Below, piece after piece: positions 42,566 to 55,409 of a DNA stretch of 64,000 nucleotides. This stretch comes from Sphaerodactylus townsendi (taxonomy: Eukaryota): NCBI RefSeq assembly GCF_021028975.2, contig NC_059434.1, positions 88,908,001 to 88,972,000 on the forward strand, given 5' to 3'. The notes below the pieces were generated by a model. That model ran no database searches. It saw only the letters and a list, made by a program, of their open reading frames with translations, and was not told the origin of the DNA. The first letter of the stretch is position 1. Every line of letters starts with the position of its first letter. Made by a program: the position numbers and the translations under genes.

Positions 42566-45500
42566 CTGGAAGAAAGGAGAGGTAGAGGGAGGGAGGGAGG
42601 AAGGGGCGGTCCTTGTCCAGCCCCAGACACTGTCATGCCCAGTCTCATCCTGCCAAGCCACAGGAGAAATGACCAGGGGCCAAATGCCACAGGCCTGTGT
42701 CTCATGGGCATCCTTGGGGCACGGGGCTGGATGTTGTGGGCGTTGGGGAGGGGGGGGCGAGTGTGACCCTGACGCTTCCTGCCACTTGCCTCCATTTGGC
42801 CGAGTGCTGCTTGAGGCGGCTCGTCAGGGAGGGGAGGGGCGGGGCAGGGCAGCAGGAGCTCTCGGACTGCAACGGACTGGAGCAGCAGCGAAGCGGAATT
42901 GGAGGGCAGGAGGACCTGGTAGGAGCTTGCTGATGGGCCGCAGCCAGGGCCGGTCTCCCAGGGCTCACTCCGGGCCAGAAGCGCCCATTCCCGTTCCTGA
43001 AAGAGCACGGAAATCACAAACCTGGGACACGCTGGGTGCTTAGCAGCCTCTCCTCTCTTCCTTGGCCTCTCCTTGTCTGCAAACTGCAGGTCAACACCTT
43101 CTGCACGCTCTCAGAGAGCCCTCGGGCAACCAACGCAAGAGCTGGAGCCCCGTGGTGCTGAGCCCCGTTTCCCAGGAAGCCACCTGGCCCTTGCCCAGGC
43201 CTGCCTGTCCTCAACCGGCAGAACGAAGAGCAGAGCATCAAGTTCCCTGGAACAGCTCTCAGCCCTGCCCCCCACCTGTCACGGGCCGCCCGGACTCACC
43301 TGCAGGCAGTGGCAGAGGGCCTGGAAGCTGTGCTGGTTGGCCTCCAGCTCATCCCAGTTCAGCTGCCAGCAACTCGTGGGCCGGATGATGAGAGGGAGCC
43401 CAAAGAGCAGCGATGCGCACAGCCCTTCCGCCTTCAGGGCCCTGCAGCGGGAGACGTCGCCATCAAGGGTGGCCCAGAGTCCCCCAGCGATTCTCTCCTG
43501 CTCTGAACAGGGGGCAGCAGCGGCAGGGCTTTGTGCTGACCAGGCAACCTGGCCGGCTGCCGTTCGCCTGCTTTGTCCTCGATGGGTGGAAGGGGCACAT
43601 ATCTTGGGATGTGGTCAGCTATTTCTCAAGGGGAATGGTGCCCGCAGCCTGGCTGGTGTGACAAGCACACCTGTCTGGCTGCTCCTGACGGCCCACCTCC
43701 GTGAGATGCCAGGCCTGGCAGAGTGCCGCAGTGCGGGGCTTGGCTCATGGGTGCCGCTGCCAGGACAGCACATTCCTCTCTGCCCCTTTCCTGGCCTCGG
43801 TGCCTGAGACGGCCTGTGCCGCCCTTTCCCCTGGCATCTGCCCCGTCTGAGCAATAGTGCTGTCTGCACAACGCGACTCCCACCGGAAGTCCTGTGTGCA
43901 GTTTTGGAAGCCTCACTTGAAAAGGGCGTGGCCAGCATGGAGCAGAGGCCGAGGAGCCCCAGGAGGGGAGGCTGACGGGGGTCTTGGGAATGCTGCTCAG
44001 TCTGGAGAAGGAAGGGCTAAGGTTGCCCTCTGGAAGCCCTTGGAAGGCAGGCAGTCAGAGGAGGGCAGCTGGCGGCAGAAGGCAGGACTCGCAATGGTGG
44101 GTATAAATGGCGGGTGGAAAGGAGGTGTCAGCGTTTTTAAATATGAGTAGAGAGGAGCTTCAGCAGTGGAATTGGCTGCCTGGGAAGACGGTGAGCTCCC
44201 TTCTCTGGCAGCCTGGAAGCAGCAGCTGGACAAACAGTTGTCAGGGATGCTTTAGGCAGATCCTGCACTGAGCAGGGGGCTGGACTAGACGGTCTTTACG
44301 GGCCCTTCCCATTCTGAGCCCCTGACAAAGAATGGCCACAGGCAATGTTGAGTTCTCACTGGCAAGCTAAGATCTTGGTGGGGTGAAGCAGAGGCTGGCT
44401 CACGCATGAAAGCAAGCAGCAAGATGACCACCTGCCTGGCCCAAGGGCTTCTCTGTGGGGTGGTGACAGGAACTGGGAGGGGGGGGGAGAGACACAACAG
44501 CCCCCAGAGCCTCAGCCGAGCAGACCAGCCTCTGCCTGCTTCCCTTCTCCCCAAGCCCTGTCTCAGCCGAGTACCTGACAATCCGGAGCCTGTGCGGTGC
44601 CCGGCTGTGGCCAGCTGTCCTCCAGAAGGGGCTGGTGGCATCGTCGGGGTTTTCCAGGCTGCTGCTGCAGGCCGTGGGGAGCAGCGAAGGGCTGAGGAGC
44701 CTCTCCTGGATGTCGCATTTCACACACGCTGGTGGGAGAGCGCATGCAGGGTGAGCAGAAGGAGAGAAGCCCAGGCGGGCCCCCTCTTGCCTTGCTGGGG
44801 GACGGTTCCTGGGCTTTGCGAGCGGCTTTGAGCAAGGGGCTGGAGAGGCAGCCTGTGAGCATTCTGGAGCCAGGGTGAGTAGTGGTTAGAGTGTCAGACA
44901 GAGATCCGGGAGACCAAGATTCAGATCCCTTCTTTGGAGGAATGCAGGACTAGCCTTGAGGATACTCTGGAAACTGCAGCTGGTCCAGAATGGAGCAGCC
45001 TTTTTAGCCCTGACTCCACCCAACGAGACCCAGGATGTGTGGGATACAGTTTCACAGAGCCTGCAAGATGGAGCTGTTTCAGCAGGCGTAAGGTCAAGCA
45101 ACCACGGCCGTCCCCCTGGGCCTCCCCTCCCCTCCCCACCCCCCTTTCCTCTGTTTCCTTTACCATTTCATGTAGCTTATTTCCTGGGTGGAGCTGAATG
45201 AACTGAATGCCATCCATGGAAATGCAATGATTGCTGTAGTTTTAATTATTGTTGAGTTTTAATTGATAAATTGGAATTGTTTTTGAATCGTCAAGGAGGT
45301 CTGTTTGGAAATGTTGTAAACTGCCCAGAGCCAGGACAAGGAGGGGCAGCAGATCAACCCAACAAGTCAAGTCAAACCCCCGGCCCTCGAAGCATCCAGC
45401 TGTTCTCCACCAGGGCCAGGACTTCCTTAGGCTCTGGCCCCGGCCTGGGGGTCCTCCCCGGCAATCCAGATCATAAGAACATAAGAACATAAGAACTAGC

Positions 45501-48500
45501 CTGCTGGATCAGACCAGAGTCCATCTAGTCCAGCACTCTGCTACTCGCAGTGGCCCACCAGGTGCCTTTGGGAGCTCACATGCAGGAGGTGAAAGCAATG
45601 GCCTTCTGCTGCTGCTGCTCCCGAGCACCTGGTCTGCTAAGGCATTTGCAATCTCAGATCAAGGCGAATCAAGATTGGTAGCCATAGATCGACTTCTCCT
45701 CCATAAATCTGTCCAAGCCCTTTTTAAAGCTATCCAGGTTAGTGGCCATCACCACCTCCTGTGGCAGCATATTCCAAACACCAATCACACGTTGCGTGAA
45801 GAAGTGTTTCCTTTTATTAGTCCTAATTCTTCCCCCCAGCATTTTCAATGAATGCCCTCTGGTTCTAGTATTGTGAGAAAGAGAGAAAAATTTCTCTCTG
45901 TCAACATTTTCTACCCCATGCATAATTTTATAGACTTCAATCATATCCCCCCTCAGACGTCTTCTCTCCAAACTAAAGAGTCCCAAACGCTGAAGCCTCT
46001 CCTCATAAGGAAGGTGCTCCAGCCCCTCAATCATCCTCGTTGCCCTTCTCTGTACTTTTTTCTATCTCTTCAATATCCTTTTTGAGATGTGGCGACCAGA
46101 ACTGAACACAGTACTCCAAGTGCGGTAGCACCACTGCTTTATATAAGGGCATGACAATCCTTGCAGTTTTATTATCAACTCCTTTCCTAATTATCCCCAG
46201 CATAGAGTTTGCCTTTTTCACAGCTGCCATGCATTGAGTGGACATTCCCATGGAACTATCAACTAAGACGCCTAAATCCCTTTCCTGGTCTGTGACTGAT
46301 AGCACTGACCCCTGTAGCGTGTATGTGAAGTTTGGATTTTTTGCCCCTATGTGCATCACTTTACATTTTGCTACATTGAACTGCATTTGCCATTTCTGAG
46401 CCCACTCACCTAATTTATCAAGGTCCGCTTGGAGCTCTTCGCAATCCTTTGTGGTTCTCACCATCCTACATAATTTGGTATCATCTGCAAACTTGGCCAC
46501 CACGCTACCTACCCCTACTTCCAGGTCATTTATGAATAGGTTAAAGAGCACTGGTCCCAATACGGATCCTTGGGGGACACCACTCCCTACATCTCTCCAT
46601 TGTGAGAACTTCCCATTTATACCCACCCTTTGTTTCCTGTTCCTCAACCAGTTTTTAATCCATAGGAGGACTTCCCCTCTTATTCCTTCATTGCTGAGTT
46701 TTCTCAACAGTCTCTGGTGAGGAACTTTGTCAAAAGCCTTTTGGAAATCCAAGTAGACAATGTCCACTGGTTCCCCCTTATCCACATGCCTGTTTACACC
46801 CTCAAAGAACTCTAGTAAGTTTGTAAGAACATAAGAACATAAGAACAAGCCAGCTGGATCAGACCAGAGTCCATCTAGTCCAGCTCTCTGCTACTCGCAG
46901 TGGCCCACCAGGTGCCTTTGGGAGCTCACATGCAGGAGGTGAAAGCAATGGCCTTCTGCTGCTGCTGCTGCTGCTCCCGAGCACCTGGTCTGCTAAGGCA
47001 TTTGCAATCTCAGATCAAAGAGGATCAAGATTGGTAGCCATAAATCGACTTCTCCTCCATAAATCTGTCCAAGCCCCTTTTAAAGCTATCCAGGTGAGTG
47101 GCCATCACCACCTCCTGTGGAATCCAGGCCCTGCAGGATTCTGTCCAGGTCTGCAGGCCCTGAAAGGCAGAGATCTTCCACTGGGCCTCCCGTCCAGCCA
47201 GCAGCAGCAGCAGCAGCAGCAGCACTGATATAATTACAGGCCTCCCCCCACCCCCTTCCTTACTTTCCTGACCTATTGCTAGGAGCGTGATGTGCTTGGG
47301 TTGGGTTGGGTGGGGCTGATGCTGCTGAGGTTCCTCCTCCTGAGTTGTTCAATATGTTACATCTATATGATGATGCCTGGGGTGTGTGTGTGAATTTAAA
47401 CTGATGATATTTTATTGATGAATAGATGTATATTTTTGTATGGCATTTTATATTGCAAGCCATCCTGAGCCCGTCTTTGGACAGGAAATAAATTCAATAA
47501 CACAAAATAAATGAAAATAAATGAATAACCTTGTGTTGGTCCCCCACTCTCAGACTCAACTACCTCACAGGGTTGTTGTGAGTGAAATGGGGAAGAGGTG
47601 AGTGTGGCAAGACATTCCAGAACCACGGCAAGGTGGCCCAGTGCCACCGAGGACACTCTGGGAGGTGGGAACTGAGATTAAGACCCATCCGAGATGGCAG
47701 AACCGGGCAATGGCTGGCAGTCACGGTGGTGGTAAAAGGGGCAGCGGGCAACCTGGACCCCTGGGGAGAGGTTTGCCTTCATTCTGGCCACATTCTGGAA
47801 AATGGGCTGCTCAGGACAAGATGGGCCTTTCCTCTGACCCAGGAAGGCACTTTGCACACGGTGTTGCTTGGAGGGGGGGGGGTGAGTATGCTTATGTTGG
47901 CCTCGTCACAGGGGCTGACCAGGGGTCCCTGCAACCGCAGCTCCCATAAAGACTGGGATGGCTGCCCTTGTGGGTACTCGGCTAGCTCTGTCCCCCTCCC
48001 CCACCGTTAGAGAGCTCAAAGATGTGAGAAAGGCAACTCACCTGAGCTGGCCCCTGCTGCGCAAGCAGGTAAGAGGAGGTTCAGGTGCTCTTGATCTGTG
48101 CTGTAGTCATGTAGCCAAGCTTTGAAAAAAGTTTCCAAGGCCACGAGATCGTTCTCTACGGCCTGGAGGTCAATGGCGGTGCCTGGGTGGAGCGTGGAGT
48201 TCTCTGCAAGGGAAGAGAGGCACGTGCGCAGTGAGAAGCCAGGCAGGGCCAGGCAGGAACCAGCGTTATGGTCGGGGGAAGCAAATTAACACAGCTGCAA
48301 AACAACAGCTGCTTTCTCCAAACTCTGTCCAGTCCTGTGTGATGTTGTGGTTAACAGCAGGTGGACTGTAATCTGGAGAACCAGGCTGGATTCTCCACTC
48401 CTCCACATGACACCGCTGGGTGACCTTGGGCCAGTCACGGTTCTCTCTGAACTCTTTCAGCCCCACCTGCCTCACAAGGTATCTGTTCTGGCAAGAAGAA

Positions 48501-50073
48501 AAGAAAGGTTTGTAAGCTGTTTGGAGACCCCTCATGGGTAGAAATCCAGACTCTTCTTCTTCTTCACTCGGCCATATTGGCCACACATCTCCATGCTACC
48601 AACACATCAAGCCTGGACTCATGTCATGTGCTGCTAGGTTTCTGCCCTTGAAGTCAGCTAAAAATCTCCAGGTGGGACAGAACGATGCCGCCCGCTAGGA
48701 GGAGGTCTTTGAGGCTCTCATCTTCATGGAGCCTCCTCTTTTGCTGTCAAGTCACAGCTGACTTCTGGTGACTCCCGGGGGCTTTCCAAGGCAGAGATGT
48801 TGGGAGGTGGTTTGCCATTGCCTGCCTCCACGCCATGCCCTGGGATGCCCTGGAGGTCTCCTCTCCAAATTCTAGCCTGGGTCAGGGCTGTGAGTGTGTG
48901 ACTGACCTGAGGTCACCCTGTGAGTTTCCAAGACACACGTGGGATCCAGACCTGGACTTCCCAGGTCCTGGTCCGACACCTTAATCGCTGCACCCCACTG
49001 GCCTCGAACCTACATATTTGCAGGATCGCCTCTCCCTGCAGGCTCCTCCCCTGAGGCCTCCCTCCATGTTTTTTTTGTGGCTACAACATTTCCAGATATT
49101 TTACGTCTCTGGTTTCACTGCCTCATACTGGATGGCCCCCAAAATCTGAAAAGGCACCTTGTGTTTCACGGACATTTTTGTCCTAAGCAGACTTGAAAAA
49201 CAATTCCCCGTGGGGCCACCCAGGTGCGATGTCCCACCTCTCTACATCTGTGTCTGAAGCCTGCTCTGCTTCCAAGGCACTCGGCACATTCCATCTTCGT
49301 AACAGTTCAGAACAGAAAGAGAGCAAGTCCCCAAATCACCAGTGAACTGTGCAGGCATCTGAACGAGACTGCAGCCCCGGCTGCCCCACAAAGGGCAGGC
49401 CTCGCAGCAGGCCTCGCTCTCTGATCCAGGGCTAATGACACGAGAGTGAGTAGAAGAACCCTTCCCCCTGCCACGGCCCTACGTGTTCATTGGGTGACCA
49501 CTTTCCCCTGGTCAATCTCCCTAGAAAATGAAGCCGCGAGAGACCCTCCAGGAAGCAGAGCCAGGGAGGTCAGCTGGAGCCAGTCAGCATCAGAAGAGGG
49601 TTTCTGCAGCTGGCCGAGGAAATGGGCCACTGAGAACAAGGGACATGCCGGACACGCAGAAACAAAGGAATGCCAGAGGAGGCCGAGGAGCTTCTGGCCA
49701 CGAAGAAAAGAATCACCACCTGGCTCAGTTCCAGCAGCTCAGAAAAAGTCATCATCATCATTTGAAACCACAGTTGCCAGACCTGCAGCCGGTGCTGGCC
49801 TTCGTATGTCTGGGGTTCTTCCCATGAACCTGGAATGCTGTAATGTGTTTCCGTGCAATACGACCCTTTGTAACTGATAGGTGGAGGTTTTACCAGTATT
49901 GTAGATGGTTCAAGTGCTGCCCAAGGTTTTTTTGGTACAGCACCCAGTGTGCCAGTAATCACTGTGAACGGAACTACTGGTTTGTGGCACAAGCTTTCAC
50001 TTTCCATTTTCAGATCTTGATGTTCTGTCATCTTTTCTAGCTCTTTTTCTTCAGCCCTCCAGTACCCGGGTAA

Positions 50074-50104
<31 letters not shown>

Positions 50105-53100
50105 AAATCAATGTGTAACCTGCACTTTCCTAACCATTGTTAAGGTACAGTTCCCACCCCACCCACCCACAGGGACAAACCAGCCACGAAAGGACAGTGG
50201 GAGTGATTGAATGGAGAGCTCCATCCAGCAGGTGGCAGCAGAAAACCACATTAGTTCTGCCAACACTCCCTTTTCAGGTGCAAAAACACTCAAGATCCTC
50301 CTCTGGATAGGGGCTCTTCCTGCCTCCAGCAGACGCGTGCGCAGCATCTGCATATGGCACATCAGGGCACAGGGAAGGTTCTGAAACGCGAGGCATGAGC
50401 CGGCCGCCTCGGTCGAGTGCGCAAGAGGCTGACGTAGCCGTGAAACTGCCTTACACAGAACCAACCATCAGTCCACCAACGTCCGTCCACAGAGCCGGGC
50501 AGCAGTTCTGCAGGGTCTCAGGCCAAGGTCTTCTGCCTCCTGGACTGCCGGACCCTTTAGCCAGCCTGGGGCCTTCTGCCAGCCAGGCACAGGCTCTGCC
50601 ACCAACACGGCCCCTTCAGGCGTCCGGATTCTGGTGCTGGGGGGCCTTTTGTTCCCTGGGGGGCCCCAGCACCGGCTCTGAGAGGGGGCAGCCGCTCATT
50701 CTGGAGGCCTGACACCTATTTCCAACACTCACCGCTGCAGCTGACTTCCTCTCTGGCACGGCTGAGCCCCTCTGCGCCCGATGGGCCTGGCAACGAATCC
50801 CTGCCAATTACGACCACCTGCAGCTGGTGTAGACTGGCCAGGTCGCTGCCCCGTAGCCCCGCCTCCAGTTGCTTGACCATCTCTGCGCCAACTTGGCCAG
50901 TCAGGACTGTGATCTGGAAGAGCAAGCGCACTGCAGTGACCCACGGAGAGCCACCCGCCCGTCCTCTCTGCCCGCCTGGCAGCTTCCATCCAGCCAGTCC
51001 CAGCCAGGAAGGCCAGTGATTCCCACTCATGTCTGGCAGAGGGGCAGGCCTGATCAGAGGAGGTGAATTCCTTCTGCAAACACCGGAACAGGGAGCCTCA
51101 GCTAGCAGGTTCTGGCATCCCAGACGCAGGTAGTAAAGACTCTTCAAATGGCACAGTAAGAATTATGCCAGTGGGATGTAATGGTTCAAATACTGGAATG
51201 TCCTGTGTGCGAATCCCTGCTCAACCACTCAACAAAGAGGTGAGATGGGGCTGGTCACCGTCCTCCAGCTGCCTCGCCAGGAGCAGGAAGCAACACACTG
51301 AAGTGCACTCCCTACAACTCCCACTGCTTCCTGCCCCCTATGAGCCCCTTGCAAGAATGGACTCCTCTGGGCAGGGCAGTCTCCAGAGCTCCTTCCCTAA
51401 ACTGTCCCCCATCACAGGCTGGTATGCAGGTGCCCGTCCCTGGCTCCTGCTCCTGCTCCTGCTCCTGCTCCTCCTCAGAGGCTACACTGGAAGGCACGGT
51501 CATGCTGGATTCTGGGCTGAAAGCAGCCGGCTGAATGCTGGGTCATCTTTCCCACCCACTGTTTCATCTCTCCATGAAATGGATGTTTGTTGCACCTGGC
51601 AGCCCTTGAAGGGCAATGGGCTTCAAAGGGCCAAGCGAGATGAGACTTCAACAGTGCGGCAAACAACCGTTTCATCTTGGAAAAAGGGTGGGTGGTGGGT
51701 GGGGAGAAAGCAAGCGCCCCTCCTCTGCCCACACCACGATCCCAAGCCAAACTGAACCACTGCAGATTTTCAAACGACCCCCCCCCCCCCCCGCCCCCCA
51801 TCTGCTTGGCTGAGCCAGCTCCTGGAACCTGACTCATTAGAAGCATCTCATACAGCTGGACCTTTTTTGTTTTATGCAGAAGCCCTCTTTAAGGGGGGGC
51901 AAGGCGAGGGTGTGTGTCTGGGACATGTTCCCTGCCCTTTAGAGTGCCCAGCTCAGGCTTCTCCTGCATGGTGGGAGGTGGGAATCTCCAGCCACAAGGA
52001 ATGGAAGAAACCCCCACATTCCGTGGAAGCTGCCACGTGCATCCTGAGCACGGCCAGTGGCCCTCGTGGGGCTTTCTCCCTGGAGGTGACTCTGAGAAGA
52101 CCTTTCAGGTGGCTCCTGCAGGGCAGCTTCACTTGCGGCCGGAATCGAGGGAGGGTGGGAGCTACACACCACTTGCCAAAGGGGGGGTGTCTTCTCTCTG
52201 CCCAAAGGCTTTGGGCCGCCAACCCCACCCATCTGCGTGTGCGCTCGCCTGCTCTCAGCCCCTCTCACCTCCACGGAAAAGCTGCCGAGGGAGGAGGCGC
52301 TGGTGGTGCTCCGCCCGGAGAGCTGCTTGAACTGCTGCAGCCCATCCTTCACGGCCTGGGTGACCGCCTCCCCTCTGGGCTGGCACGCCCCTTCCGTGGG
52401 CAAGGCCCGGAGCTCCAGGAGGCTTCTCTGTAGCTGGGCAAAGCCCCCTCTCACCGGCTGCAACAGGAGAAGAAGGAAGCCCCCTAAGCGGCAGAGGCAG
52501 AGAGCCAAGAGAGGATGGCCCCAGGATCTCCTCCAGGCCCCCCTGGCTTCTCTGCCTCCCAGGAGGGTCAGCGCACCTGCTGGGCAATACTGCTGCAGAC
52601 CCACCTTTTCCACCTGGGCTGTGTACCCAGGCCACCGCACCGGGACGCCAGGAACTGTGCCCTGCTCACAGGCAGCGCGCCAAACCACAGGCAGGGCAGG
52701 CATGCTGAGACCAGCTGTGCCCAGTTCTCCAGAGCCACGATGGAGGCCTCTACAGCCAGCCAGGGCAGGGCAGCCAATGCAGGAGGAGAGGCCAAGTCTA
52801 GGCCTGCTTCGTTGGCCAAGAGGAGGCTGAAGCTGGTGCCAAGAAAGCAGAGCAGGAGGTGCCTGACTCGGAGTCACGCTTGGTGGCTCTTTCACACGCG
52901 ACACAGCCTGGACTGCCCGAGAGACCTGCGCGGGGACCACTGTGTGGCTGGGGACTGGCAACTCAGAAAACATGCAGCAGCCGCATGACGGCTCACCAGC
53001 ACATGGCCCCTCCCTTTCGGACCCCAACAGATGAGCCTACGCACCTCGTGTGGGCCCCAAAGAATGGTGAACTGCGGCTGCCAGCCGTGAGAACCTGCCT

Positions 53101-55371
53101 CAATCACCCGGCCTTCTGCTACGTTAACCGCAGGGACAAGTCCCAACAGATAGGCCCTGCCCGTTCTAAACCACAGCGCTGATTCCCACATACGGAACGC
53201 TTTCCCATCAAGGCGGCGCCTCAGCTGCTTCAGGCCCTGTTTGCTGGCTGCATTGAGCTTTGCCTGCCTGTTCTGAGGCTCCACCTCCAGCCCACTAGCT
53301 GGCCAGCAGTGGGCAGGGCTGGGCCAACGTTCACCCCCCTTAGTGGGTTGATAGGGTTATTTTATCCAATTACTTCCATGTTCTAGTGCACAAGGAGCCG
53401 TGTGACGTAGTGGTTAAGTGCTTGCACTGCCACTCACATGGTCAGGAGTTTGAGCCCCCTGTGGGTCAGATATGCTGGCAGCTGGCTCATGGTCAACTCA
53501 GCCATCCATCCATCCATCCCTTGGTCGGTAAATGAGTACCTAGCTCATAGCTAGGGGGTAAAGAATAGCCGAGGAAAGCAATGGCAAACTACCCCACAAA
53601 AATGGCTTGCCTTTGAAATCACTGTTTGCAGTGGTCCCGCGGGGTCGGACACGACTGAAGGGGAAACTTTACCTCTAGTGCACACTTGGTTTTATTCTGC
53701 ACAGGAGATACTCAAGGCACACGCCAGGATTGCACAATTTCTCAAAGATACAGAATCAAAGACCCATAGAGTTGGGAGAGACCCCAAGGACCATCTATTC
53801 AAGTCCAACCCCCTGCCAAGACACTCCTGACAGATGGCACTCTGTTTAAAAATGTGCAAAGGAGGAAACTCCACCAAACTCCGAGGTAGAGAATTCCACT
53901 GTCAAACAGCCCTTACCATCAAGAATTCCCCCCTAATGTTTAGGTGGAATCTCTTTTCCTGCAACTTGAATCCATTCCTCCTTGTCCTAGTCTCTGGAGC
54001 AGCAGAAAACAAGCTTGCTTGCTTCCTAGACTGTCATGTCGCTCTTTAGCCTTCTCTTCTCCATACCCAGCTCTCTAGTATGTTCCTCATAGGACATGGA
54101 TTCCAGACCTTTTACCTCCTCTGAACCCATTCAAGTTTGTCAATATCCTTCTTGAATTGTGCTACCCAGATGAACACAGTGTTCCAGGTGAGGTCTGACC
54201 AGTGCGGAATAAAGAGGTACTATTGTGTCCCTCTATCTAGAACTATATTCCTATTGATGCAGCCCAGAATTGCATTGGCTGCCTTGGCTGCCGCATCACA
54301 TTGTTGACTCATGCTCAGTTTGTGATCTACTAAGACTCCCAGATCCCTTTCACTTGTACTGTTGTCAAGTCAGGTGTCTCGTATCCTATATCTGTGCCTT
54401 TCAATTTTTCTGCCCAAATGTGGTATCTTACACTGATCTCTGTAGAAATTAATTTGGTTAATTTTGGCCCAGCTCTCTAATCTGTCCAGATCATTTTGAA
54501 TCCTGCCCCTCTCCTCCAGGGTATTAGCTACCTTTGCTAATTTGGTATAATCTGGAAATTTGATTAACATGCCCTCTATTTCATTATCCAAGTCATTGAT
54601 AAAAATATTGAACAGCACTGGGCCCAGGACAGAACCCTGTGACACCCCACTAGTCACTTCTCCCCAAGATGAAGCCATTGGTGCGTACCCTTTGCATTTA
54701 GACAACCAGTTACAAATCCATCTAACAGTAGCATTGTCTAGCGGCCCATTTTACTAGATTGCTTGCAAGAATATCGTGGGGCACCTTGTCAGAGGTCTTA
54801 CTAAAATCAAGGTATGCTACATCCACAGCATTCCCTTCGTCTCTTGGCATTCTACATAAAAAAGAAGAGATCAGCCCCAAGAAGAGTAGCCAGCATATCC
54901 AAGGGAAGGCTGATTGGAGCTTGGTCCTCCGCCCAAGACCTATGTCAAATGTTCTGGAAGGAACTATGCTTCCTCTCCTTTGGAAAAAGAGACGCAAGCC
55001 AACTCAGGGCTCCTGAGAGGGGGGCAGGGACGCCACTTGACAAGTGAACCACCTCCACAGTCCTGGTGGGAATAGGTTTGGCTTTACTCACCAGAGGCCT
55101 CCTCTGCACCCCCAAATCTGGGCTCACTCACCACAAAAGGCAGCAGGCACTCAGGCTGGCTCTGGGCCACATAGATGCTGAGTAGCGGGATGCGGGGTGG
55201 GCCTGCTAGGCTGCCAGCCAGGGCGAGGACGTTTTCCAGGGCTTTGCAGATCTGGTGGCAGGTGTGGGTCCAGTGAGGAGCACAAATGTCTACCACGAGG
55301 ATCCTCAAGGGCTGCTGAGAATGAGCGGCAGGGATTTTGCCAGGGGGTTCCCCTCGTCTTCCAGAGTTCAT
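42422..55371 (-). CDS. M1AP: Meiosis 1 arrest protein; exons 55371-55132, 52457-52269, 50913-50733, 48203-48042, 44728-44575, 43441-43300, 42996-42790, 42565-42422; terminal exon probably within 42241-42156 (unresolved)
   Basis: [10 protein letters not shown]...ECLLPFV; DGLQQFKQ; [10 protein letters not shown]; KCDIQERLL; [17 protein letters not shown]; EPTYNPL match M1AP blocks; phases consistent over 1419 nt. Confidence 0.92.
42790..42996 (-). CDS. M1AP: M1AP exon 8 (GC donor)
   Basis: EREWALLAR...VAVRELLLP...QME|gcaagt. Confidence 0.87.
43300..43441 (-). CDS. M1AP: M1AP exon 7
   Basis: [47 protein letters not shown]. Confidence 0.94.
44575..44728 (-). CDS. M1AP: M1AP exon 6
   Basis: [16 protein letters not shown]...HRLRIV. 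Confidence 0.9.
45472..46826 (-). mobile_element. Young 5'-truncated CR1 LINE (RT domain and 3' UTR)
   Basis: [12 protein letters not shown]...[13 protein letters not shown]...KFADDTKL; one frameshift near 46060; (TTCTTATG)n tail. Confidence 0.95.
46824..47120 (-). mobile_element. Second short CR1 3' copy joined head-to-tail with the first
   Basis: Near-identical to 45474-45763, with its own (TTCTTATG)n tail. Confidence 0.9.
48042..48203 (-). CDS. M1AP: M1AP exon 5
   Basis: [35 protein letters not shown]; absent from the ORF track. Confidence 0.92.
48335..48565 (+). mobile_element. tRNA-derived SINE, same family as 331-610
   Basis: taatctggagaacc...gctgggtgaccttgggccagtcac...aaatccagactcttcttc. 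Confidence 0.7.
49845..50065 (-). mobile_element. Degenerate R4/Dong LINE C-terminal (RLE) fragment
   Basis: [12 protein letters not shown]...[11 protein letters not shown] resembles the K..KY.DL..E...V.P.VIG.LG segment of RLE endonucleases; adjacent (CTG)n at 50073-50102. Confidence 0.55.
50733..50913 (-). CDS. M1AP: M1AP exon 4
   Basis: [20 protein letters not shown]. Confidence 0.9.
52269..52457 (-). CDS. M1AP: M1AP exon 3
   Basis: [20 protein letters not shown]...DGLQQFKQL. Confidence 0.92.
53393..53673 (+). mobile_element. Sauria SINE (tRNA head, Bov-B-like tail)
   Basis: A/B-box-like head; gtcggacacgactgaagg tail; 11-bp TSD TCTAGTGCACA at 53382-53392 and 53674-53684. Confidence 0.85.
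53752..54850 (-). mobile_element. Older CR1 LINE fragment
   Basis: [14 protein letters not shown] and [22 protein letters not shown]...KFPDYTKL (degenerate RT). Confidence 0.88.
55132..55371 (-). CDS. M1AP: M1AP first coding exon (exon 2; acceptor at 55394)
   Basis: caccATG; 240 nt; donor gtgagt. Confidence 0.92.
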
Positions 55372-55409
55372 GGTGAGACTGGAGTTTGGCTTCCCTGTGA
55401 AGGGGCAAG

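Noticed and set aside
49739-49830. Minus-strand exon-like segment ending ...SNDDDDFF* in M1AP intron 4
   Set aside because: Phase is incompatible with exon 4 and there is no homology support.
53393-53470. tRNA-like sequences here and at other SINE heads
   Set aside because: They are SINE 5' ends (TSD and LINE-derived tail present), not tRNA genes.
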